A stretch of DNA of 64,000 bases, taken from assembly GCA_000091205.1 (NCBI GenBank), contig AP006495.2. One strand, given 5' to 3'. The translations under genes and the position numbers were made by a program. Under the pieces are notes generated by a model. The model was not told the DNA's origin and did no database searches. It worked only from the letters and a program-made list of their open reading frames with translations. The stretch comes from Cyanidioschyzon merolae. Lineage: Eukaryota. Shown here in pieces: positions 10,560-18,539 of this stretch (within the stretch, counting starts at the first letter, position 1; the number at the start of each line of letters is the position of its first letter).

Positions 10560-12065
10560 TTATGCATCCTCCTCGTCACTGGTCACTAGCATTCGACGTC
10601 TGCTGCTCGACGCAGTCGCAGATACTCCGGATGCGGCGGGTGCTTGCGGTTCAGCGGATACGGCGGTCTCTGAGGACGGGCTCGCTGCCACATTGTCACC
10701 GGCACCAGCACGACTGCGCTGCTGGAGGTGGACTGCTGCGCCCGGGGCAGCGGCATCCAGCGGCGATGTGCCGGGGTGCTCGGAGGTCGACTCTGGCGTC
10801 TCGTGCTCGACCAGTGCCTCATCGGATGCGCTCTCCGCGGAGTTCATACTGTGGTCATCCTCGTGGTCATCGTCCAACATAGCCTCCAGCCGCTCCAGCT
10901 CAGCGTCTTCGTCACGAATCGTGCGTTGGCGAACCCCGAATCGACGATCATCCAACAACTCCATGGCAGAGTCGGCATCGGAAGCCTCTTCTCCGGAGTC
11001 ATCGTCCCGGGCGAGAGTCCCTGTCGAGCCCGTATGCCCTGCGTCGCGACGCTGTTCGCCAGCGAGCGGGTCCACGCCTAACTGTTGCGGTGCGAGCAAC
11101 TCATTCTGAGCGAGTCTCTGTCCTCGCCGACGACGTCGCGCTTCGATTCGTTGCTCGGCTTTTCGACGCTGATTCTCGAAATCAAGCAGCGTCTTCTCTT
11201 CGCTTTCTGGGGCCCGGTCGAGCGCTGCCACCTGCACGCGGCGGCTACGCCCCGTCTCTGCGAAAGATCTCGAGGCAAGGTCGCCCGCTCGAAGCTCCTT
11301 TTCGAGACCCGCTCCTAACTTTGCGGTCGACGGCACCCGAGCGCCTGCTAGTAGTTGTTGTACCACCGCCGGGTCAACGTTGGTTTTGAAATGGCCTTTG
11401 ATTTCGCCATTGTAGTTGACCATACGCTGCGGATCGCCGCAGATAACATGCTCGCGGCCTGGTATCCCCTGTTCTACAATCAGCTCGAGAGCTACCCGGT
11501 CGCCTATGTGCAGCGTACGGGACCCGTCGCTCCATTCGATGATGCGAGCGTTCGATTCCCACTCACCGGTAGTGGGATTCCGTCGCCAGCGGATCAAGGC
11601 GGGTTTCTTGGACCGGTTTCGCCACGGGCCAGCGGGTGCATCAGTACGAGAGTCTGTACGAGCATGGCTCTGGCTTTCCCTATTCTCCAGCGCTTCGATT
11701 CCAATAAACTTAAAAGGCAGCCGCAGCAGGTAATAGTCGGGGGTGTGGCGCCGGAGTCCACCTGCACCTGCCCCGCCTTGAACGGGAGCAGCTCCGCCGG
11801 GGCTCCCGGCCACGCAATGTTCAGCCCTGCTTTCAGCGGCCTCGTAGTCGGCGTCTTTAATCAAGTGAGCTTTTGGTTCAAGCGGTGTCCTGTTCGGAGC
11901 TCCGAAACCTCGCCCCGGTTCCCGGGCAGCCGTCTCGACCGCGAAGCGCGACTGGGCGCCCACGTCAACCGCATCCTCTACGGACTCGTCGCTGCTTGAG
12001 TCCCCGAAAATCTCCTGAAGATCACGGGACCACTTGGACTCGGTCATCGGTACACGAGTTCCCAA
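10560..12065 (-). CDS. LEO1: RNA polymerase II-associated factor Leo1 (Paf1 complex subunit)
   Basis: The conserved Leo1 core (…IRWRRNPTTGEWESNARIIEWSDGSRTLHIGDRVALELI…) matches human LEO1 (…[40 protein letters not shown]…). The acidic Ser/Asp/Glu-rich N- and C-termini are typical of Leo1. Confidence 0.75.
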   Translation of the reverse strand: MGTRVPMTESKWSRDLQEIFGDSSSDESVEDAVDVGAQSRFAVETAAREPGRGFGAPNRTPLEPKAHLIKDADYEAAESRAEHCVAGSPGGAAPVQGGAGAGGLRRHTPDYYLLRLPFKFIGIEALENRESQSHARTDSRTDAPAGPWRNRSKKPALIRWRRNPTTGEWESNARIIEWSDGSRTLHIGDRVALELIVEQGIPGREHVICGDPQRMVNYNGEIKGHFKTNVDPAVVQQLLAGARVPSTAKLGAGLEKELRAGDLASRSFAETGRSRRVQVAALDRAPESEEKTLLDFENQRRKAEQRIEARRRRRGQRLAQNELLAPQQLGVDPLAGEQRRDAGHTGSTGTLARDDDSGEEASDADSAMELLDDRRFGVRQRTIRDEDAELERLEAMLDDDHEDDHSMNSAESASDEALVEHETPESTSEHPGTSPLDAAAPGAAVHLQQRSRAGAGDNVAASPSSETAVSAEPQAPAASGVSATASSSRRRMLVTSDEEDA

Positions 12066-12664
12066 GTGACCAGGGTTGCCTTGTGAAGAAGGATAGCCGC
12101 TCGTAGAGCGCTCTCCGAACAGCGTTCGTTTACCAGCGTCTGTTCAATAGGGCTACAGCGGCGGCAGCGCGACAAGCTTCGCGCTCGACGGGCGTGAGCG
12201 GCAACACGCCTGTTCGCTCGCTCGATCACACCAGTGAGTTGTACTCTGCCGAAGCCTATATTCCAAGTCAGAGTCTTTATGATCTTCGTTTCTGGTTAAC
12301 GCGGACGACGCTCTGATTGCTCGTGTGTCTCCCGGGCGGTGCGTCCGGGTACGGCAGACACACCGCACCCCCGGTTCATACACTGAACCGAGAACGGGGC
12401 TGCTTCCCTGTGAAACGTCCTACTCCACCGTTTTCGATACGGAAACTCCGTATGGAACTAGAATGAGAATGTGCAGACGTCACGAAAAAAAATAGCGTCG
12501 AAAGGATTGCCCCTGAGGGTGCATCTCGGCAGCGAGGGTTCTGGTTGCAGCGCGTTTACGCGGAGCACGTCACGCATGTGTTGCTGAATACGCGCTACGA
12601 CCTGCTGCACAGCAGGTCGCTATACCAAGACTTTTCACTGGCGAATATGCTATAACCGCACGGG

Positions 12665-12666
<2 letters not shown>

Positions 12667-12710
<44 letters not shown>
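12667..12710. repeat. (CAG)n microsatellite, ~15 units, intergenic between PCCB and LEO1
   Basis: Direct reading: gcagcagcag… x~15. It translates to poly-Leu in the spurious minus ORF 12650..13069. Confidence 0.95.
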
Positions 12711-12711
<1 letters not shown>

Positions 12712-13049
12712 GGCAATGCACATCACCGTTTCCGATGCTGTCAGACAAGCATCGGCTGCTCAGGAGCCTGTGTACGCACAGACGTGGAACTCTAGATGCA
12801 AAGCAACAATGCAACACCTGAGACGAACCGACAAGTCGCTTTGACACGAAAGGTCCAAGGAGAGCACCCAGACGCAAAGTTTCAGCTGCATCTGTGCTTC
12901 GCCGCGTGAGGCGAATGGGCGCCTCCCGCTCAGCAACCGATTCAATGATACTGATTGTACTCGTTTCGCGGAAGCAGTCCAGAAATGCAACAAGTAAGAA
13001 GTTGCATGCATTATGGCTGTACACGCGGCGTGCAAAGTGCACGATTCCT

Positions 13050-14864
13050 TTACAGGGGAATATTTCCATGTTTTTTCGGGGGCCATGGCTCCCGTAACGC
13101 CGCTGTCTCTTTGCTCGCTAGGAGGCTTAGCCCGTGTATGAGCCATCGACGCGTCAGTCTTGGTCGCACGACAGCATCGACGTAGCCACGCTGGAGTGCA
13201 ACCGAAACCGAGGATTCCTCGCTCGCTTCAGTGTCACCCGAAGTTTCGAGCGCATCCGTCGACGCAACTCGCCTGCGAAGGATCTGACTCGCTGCAGCCC
13301 TACCCATGACAGCGATATGGGCACAGGGCCAAGTTGCGTTCAGGTCGCCACGCAGGTGCTTGCTTGCCATGACACAGTACGCGCCACCGTATGCCTTACG
13401 CAAAATAATGGTCAGTTTCGGCACGGTTGCCTCCGTGTACGCATACAGCAACTTGGAGCCGTGTCGGATGATGCCGCCATGCTCTTGCTGCGTTCCGGGA
13501 AGGAAGCCTGGTACGTCAACCAGCGTCACGATCGGTATGCCGAATGCATCTGCAAAGCGCACAAACCGTGCTGCTTTGACGGCAGCGTCGGAATCGATTG
13601 CACCTGCTATGCACAGCGGTTGGTTGGCAATCAATGCCACACTGCGACCGTTCAGTCGAGCAAATGCAGTTAGCATGTTTGGAGCGAAATCGGTTTGAAT
13701 TTCTAGAAATTCTTCATCATCGACGAGGCGCATCAGAACATCCCGCATGTCGTATGGCGTATGCGCATCCGAGGGTACCAGTCGATCGAGCACGGGTTCT
13801 TCGCGGTCGCTGGGATCCTCGGTGACAACAACTTGGGGAGCGGGAACACGCGCATTCTGCGGCAGGTACGACAGCAGCTCACGGGCGAGTTGTATCACGG
13901 CAATATCGTCGTCGGCGTCTAAATGGGCAACGCCCGAGATACGACAGTGAACTGCGGCACCGCCAAGCGCCTCATCAGTTGTTTGTTCGCCTAGGGCAGC
14001 GTTCGTTACGCTGGGCCCCGTCACGAACATTCGTGCATGTCGTCTGCTCATGAGCACAAAGTCCGTGAGTGCTGGTGAGTACACTGCACCACCTGCACAC
14101 GGCCCGAGAATCAGGGAAAGCTGCGGGATGTATCCCGAAGCCAACACATTGCGTTTGAAGACCTCTGCGTAGCCTGCGAGCGAGCGCACCCCTTCCTGGA
14201 TGCGCGCTCCTCCGGAATCACAGAGAGCAACAACTGGCGCGCCGACCTCGATGGCCTTGTCGATGACCTTGCAGATCTTTGCGGCGTTGGCTTCGGAAAG
14301 AGAGCCACCAGCAACGGTGAAGTCCTGGCTGTAAACGAACACAGGTCGACCGTGAATCCGTCCAAAGCCCGACACAACGCCGTCGCCAGGAGTGCGATGT
14401 TTTCCAAGCGGATCCGAAGACGATGCATGGAGGGACTCTCTTGAACTGACCAGTCGATCAAGCTCTTGAAAAGAGCCACGATCCAGTAAAAGGTACAACC
14501 GCTCCCGAGCGGTTAGCTTTCCCTGGGCGTGCTGGCGGCGCACTCGAGCCCGGCCGCCTCCGCAAAGAGCGAACACTTCTTCCTGGTACGTCCGCTCGCC
14601 AACACCCAAGACAGACGCAAGTCCGCTCGCTACTATCTGGTCCGTGGCACCGGCTTCCGTCGAGGCAGAGTCCAGGTCCCTGTTCGTGGTTACGGAGCCG
14701 TTTACTGAACCACCCGTTCCAACGTCGTGCGGGTGTTCAGCGAAAGCGCCCCCGCCACCTGTACTGGACCTGGAGCACGCAGTGGACAGCCAAACGCGGA
14801 ACCGCTGTCGTACGGTTCTCCATGTGACGCTCTGCAGTCGCTGTGGCCAGGAGGTGTCTCGCAT
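13050..14864 (-). CDS. PCCB: Propionyl-CoA carboxylase beta chain (acyl-CoA carboxylase carboxyltransferase subunit), probably mitochondrial
   Basis: Near end-to-end similarity to PCCB. Matching stretches include QHAQGKLTARERLYLLLDRGSF, SQDFTVAGGSLSEANAAKICKV, SGGARIQEG, LGPCAGGAVYSPALTDF, FVRFADAFGIPIVTLVDVPGFLPGTQQEHGGIIRHGSKLLYAY, RKAYGGAY and the C-terminal KKHGNIPL. The start was placed at the first Met upstream of the conserved core (MRDTSWPQRL…, Arg/Ser-rich, consistent with a presequence). There is no stop codon between this Met and the upstream Fanzor-like ORF in the same frame. Confidence 0.85.
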   Translation of the reverse strand: MRDTSWPQRLQSVTWRTVRQRFRVWLSTACSRSSTGGGGAFAEHPHDVGTGGSVNGSVTTNRDLDSASTEAGATDQIVASGLASVLGVGERTYQEEVFALCGGGRARVRRQHAQGKLTARERLYLLLDRGSFQELDRLVSSRESLHASSSDPLGKHRTPGDGVVSGFGRIHGRPVFVYSQDFTVAGGSLSEANAAKICKVIDKAIEVGAPVVALCDSGGARIQEGVRSLAGYAEVFKRNVLASGYIPQLSLILGPCAGGAVYSPALTDFVLMSRRHARMFVTGPSVTNAALGEQTTDEALGGAAVHCRISGVAHLDADDDIAVIQLARELLSYLPQNARVPAPQVVVTEDPSDREEPVLDRLVPSDAHTPYDMRDVLMRLVDDEEFLEIQTDFAPNMLTAFARLNGRSVALIANQPLCIAGAIDSDAAVKAARFVRFADAFGIPIVTLVDVPGFLPGTQQEHGGIIRHGSKLLYAYTEATVPKLTIILRKAYGGAYCVMASKHLRGDLNATWPCAHIAVMGRAAASQILRRRVASTDALETSGDTEASEESSVSVALQRGYVDAVVRPRLTRRWLIHGLSLLASKETAALREPWPPKKHGNIPL

Positions 14865-16913
14865 GGCGCACACCGCTGAACGCCGTTCTAAAGTAGAACG
14901 TCGTCGGCGGTGTACAGTAGTAGCGACCGGTGCGCCTTGGACAACAAGTCGCCTACTGACGTGCAGACGCTTCCTAGGCTTTTTCGACCGGCCGCCTACT
15001 ACTGCTTCCAATTGTGTCTCATATAGTAAAACCTTAAGAGGTTGTCCAACAAAATTCTCTCGTGTCATCTCTGGAGGTCTGTTCTCCAACACCGCACATC
15101 TCCTTATATTGATGGCGGTAATAAAATCTCGGTTCACAAAATCCATCCGTTTCGTGCCGTTGGGAGTTGTACTTACTAATGCAAGCAGTCCACGAACTTT
15201 CGCTCTCCTTTCCATTTGCTCTTCCGTCAGCTGTCTATACTTTGCTATATCCTCAGGGCTCCTCTGGCACTTTTCCATCTCGACTCTCTGAAGTGTTAAC
15301 CCCTGTTCATGGTGTGTATACGATGTTCGAAACTCATCTACAGGTATCGTAACGAAACGCCTTGCACACTCCTTGTACATTCTTGTCGTTGGAGCTGGTG
15401 TAGTGCCTTTCTTGGGCACCCATCGTCCTGCTCCGTCCGCTACGACGAGCCTCTGACTTTCCTCCTCCTTCAGGGCGCTCAACTCATTCAAAAAATTCGC
15501 GAACGCCCGCTGCCTCCCACCGTATAGATTCATTCGCAGACGAGCCCACCGGGGCTTGGTATACTCCTCCCATAGCGCATCCCAGTGCGCCATGCGAACT
15601 TCCATGAATTTCCGGACAGCTTCAAAGTCCGCTCCTCGGCTCGTCACCTTACTCAAAGCTTCCAGGTGCTCTTTCATTCCTGGATTCCAAGTCTCGATTT
15701 TCTTCCTCGCATTCATGATTCCCGATTCTCGATAGTATATTGCTCTCGAGAACTTCAAAAGACGCATGTCTTTCTGACGCATGCCGCCGTCAGTGCCATC
15801 TTCCAAACGCTTGGGTACTGCGATGGTGATGATATTTGTGTTTCCGAGGTCCGCGCCAACGACAAAGTCGTTATCATGCACTTTCTGCGCGGCAGGATCC
15901 CCCTCCTTCTCATCTTTATGCATCGCCGCGCCAACGACAAAGTCGTTAGCTTGCACCTCCTGCACCACAGGATCCGCTTCCTTCCCATCTTCATCCTTCA
16001 TCACGTCAACGACAAGGTCGTTATCCTGCACCTCCTGCATCACAGCATCCGCCTCCTTCTTTTCTTCATGCTTCGTCACGGGCGCAGCCGAGGGCGGAAC
16101 TGGACGATCTTTCTTCAACCGCCGACAGAGTACACACGTGGCTACTCCATCGGTTTCGATCAACCCAGTGAATACCTTCTTCGTGCTCACTTTGAGACGT
16201 TTGAAATCGAAGCTGCTCATCCAGTACGTCTCCCGGTTTCCGCCGGTGAAGTCCTCCCTGCTTACATCGAACTCCGGACAGATATCCCTCATGATGCCGT
16301 AAAGGACGCCGGAGTCGATAGTCACAAAATGTGACTTGATCTTGCACATTGGAACCACGTTGAATCGCTTCCGCATTAGGACAGCCTTCCGTCTCTCCCA
16401 CTCTTCCTTTGTCTCTTCACTCAGCTTCATCTCCGCTTTGCGTTCGAGCTCTCGGTCCAGAAACACAAAATAGCGCAGGACGAGGCGATCGTATCTTTCC
16501 CTATCTTTTTTCAGCTCTGATATCTTGTCTGTTGGATTCGCCAGGCCCAGTATCGCACGATGCTCTTTAATAACCGCACGGATTACGGAATCCTCATTCA
16601 TGCTCTCGTTTGAAACCTTCTTCTCGACAAATTTGATCTCATCTTCATGCTTGCGATCTTTCATGATGCCATTGATAATCGCCCATTTTCCATTACGAGA
16701 GATGCCCGGGTATAGCGCAAACACTGCGCATATCATGAAACGTTCCAGGTTCATTGTAAAATGGTTCTTCACATTCGTGAGGTACTTCTTCGCCCCGAAG
16801 GTGTAAATATCCCAGTCAACCTTGTTTAGAGTACCCTCGAATCTGTAAAAGGGATGTTTTTCGTGGAGGGCGTGCACTCGCTCATCACTCGTCGAACATT
16901 TTTCCTGTGCCAT
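14865..16913 (-). CDS. TnpB/Fanzor-like RuvC-fold nuclease (eukaryotic homolog of the IS200/IS605 OrfB/TnpB RNA-guided nuclease), in frame with downstream PCCB
   Basis: The N-terminal ~660 aa of ORF 13050..16913 carry the three split-RuvC motifs in canonical order and spacing: Ruv[18 protein letters not shown]; Ruv[16 protein letters not shown]; Ruv[20 protein letters not shown] (the TnpB/Cas12 hallmark NxDxNAAxNI). The upstream region (…[29 protein letters not shown]…) resembles the TnpB WED/REC region. The CxxC…CxxC zinc finger normally found between RuvC-II and RuvC-III is absent. The segment is visibly AT-richer than flanking genes. Confidence 0.6.
15840..16080. repeat. Tandem repeat, ~76-bp unit x3, inside the Fanzor-like ORF (encodes three ~25-aa acidic repeats just before RuvC-I)
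   Basis: The DNA unit cgccgcgccaacgacaaagtcgtta… recurs at ~15851, ~15927 and ~16005. Protein repeats are [25 protein letters not shown] / [28 protein letters not shown] / [19 protein letters not shown]. Confidence 0.8.
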
Positions 16914-17989
16914 GCATGAAGTGGCGGTTGAATGTCTTGTTGAAAAATTCTCCCGGAACCTCGACTGTTTTGATGCCCATCACGTTGTCGTACATCTCCC
17001 ACGCCAAATGCATTATTCCTGAAGAAGCCTTTGTTATACTCATGGAGTAGCACGCGCCACGTTTTCTGATGGCCTCCCATGACTTTTGCTTGGAGGGATC
17101 CTTGAATTGGCGTAGAACAAATGCTTTCGCCACCATTTCTTCGTACTGTTGTCTTTCAAGTTGCATTTAGCGTCTGATTTCCAGTCTAAGGTCCCCCGTC
17201 TTTTCATGATTCTCTTGGCTTGGCGCTGTTTTTCTGGAAGCCGGCGACACTGGGCCTCCAGCATCGTCGACTTGCTTTGACATAACTTTTTTATTTTGTT
17301 CTGAAAAAGAACGCACTTTGAACGCCTCTCTTATAAAGTGCGAAAAAACACTCGAATACACTCACTTGAGCGTTGAAACCCCATTGAAATGAAAGACTGT
17401 CATATTGTGCGACTTCAGCACAGATCCAACCAGCACGTGAGACCCACACGTCAACGTATGGTCAGCATAGCGTTTCCATTCAACGCCGTGATACGCATTG
17501 TGTCGTGCATGCCAGATACGGAGCTGCGCGTATCGACCGCGCCATATAGAACAAACAACAGAAACTCACGACTACATACCAGTAAGATAACGATTTTTAC
17601 CCCCCCTCTGCAATGGACGTTAAAAGGGGGAGATGTTTCTATCATGTCGAATGTTTACCTCCTCGGCGGAAGGCCCCGCGAGCCCGACGAGTTTACCAGG
17701 CTCGTGCTTCATGCTCCCCCAGTGGCAGTTGCTATAATGAGACCCGAGCAACTCGTCCGCAATGTAATTTGTTCTTGGACTTGGATCGAGTAGCCTGCGT
17801 CTGGGCGTCGCGTTTGTCGTACTGGATTCCTCATATATCGCTTCACGCTTTTTGCAGGCAATTCCTTTGTCTCCACAAATTGCAGTCTCCCAGCATGATA
17901 ATGAATCCCGAACTCATGTCATTCGTAGCGTTCCTCGATCCGTCGCCCCCCCGTCGTATGGGAAATCCGTTCTTTCTCCATGATGCATC

Positions 17990-18130
17990 TGCACCAACGG
18001 TATAGCTGTTATTGCTGGTGCTCACGGCAGATAGTCGGCACACGATACAACGCACGAAACGACCAGTATATCCGAGAGGATATATAAGTAATGGAACTTG
18101 AAAGTAGGTTGCAGCAGCATTATGGACGCT
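17990..18130. repeat. Degenerate partial copy of repeat family B
   Basis: About 75% identity to the segment cagctgtataggggttattcagg…cgcacgaaacgaccagta…atggaacttga…atggac of copies at 8700-8860 and 50140-50300. Confidence 0.5.
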
Positions 18131-18146
18131 TTCCCGAAAACTAATC

Positions 18147-18277
18147 CCCATCCATCCATGCATCTATCTATCTACCTATCTATCTGTCTATCCATGCATG
18201 CATCTACCTATCTATCTGTCTATCCATGCATGCATCTATCTATCTATCTATCTATCTATCTGTCTATCTGTCCATCT
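18147..18277. repeat. (ATCT/ATCC/ATGC)n compound microsatellite
   Basis: Direct reading: ccatccatccatgcatctatctatctacctatctatctgtctatccatgcatgc… for ~130 bp. Confidence 0.9.
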
Positions 18278-18397
18278 GGAATCCATGGTCAATGTAAACG
18301 TCTTGGAATTGAAAAAAACAACACCAGCGGCGTCGTCGCTGCACGAATTCGCTGCCGTGACGCCGTCCAGCTGGCGACCTTTGTTTGCCGATCTTCT

Positions 18398-18437
18398 GCG
18401 GCCGCCGCCACCGCCGCCTCCGCCGCCGGCGACGACG
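18398..18437. repeat. (GCC/GCG)n trinucleotide repeat
   Basis: Direct reading: gcggccgccgccaccgccgcctccgccgccggcgacgacg. Confidence 0.85.
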
Positions 18438-18539
18438 AAGTGACGCGCCGCGGACCCGCAGCCGCCCGCGAGCCTCGTCGCCCGCACATTGCCGTGTCGT
18501 TTCGGCAAGTAGTGCGATATTCTTATTGTGCAGTAACGG

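Larger units (their letters stand above)
14865..17400 (-). mobile_element. Putative Fanzor/TnpB-family transposable-element remnant (compositionally distinct island)
   Basis: Lower-GC sequence spans roughly 14.9-17.4 kb. Minus-strand ORFs 17167..17361 and 16885..17166 lie directly upstream of the nuclease ORF. They are separated from each other by a single TAA stop, and from the nuclease ORF by a frameshift, suggesting a decayed longer ORF. Element ends and target-site duplication were not identified. Confidence 0.35.

Noticed and set aside
12650-13069. Minus-strand 139-aa ORF ending in poly-Leu
   Set aside because: It is simply the translation of the intergenic (CAG)n microsatellite; no other coding signal.
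13050-16913. Treating the whole 1287-aa ORF as one ordinary protein
   Set aside because: Its two halves belong to unrelated, individually complete families (a TnpB/Fanzor-like nuclease and PCCB with its own presequence-like Met). It is annotated as two modules, and the in-frame continuity is reported as a finding rather than asserting a fusion protein.
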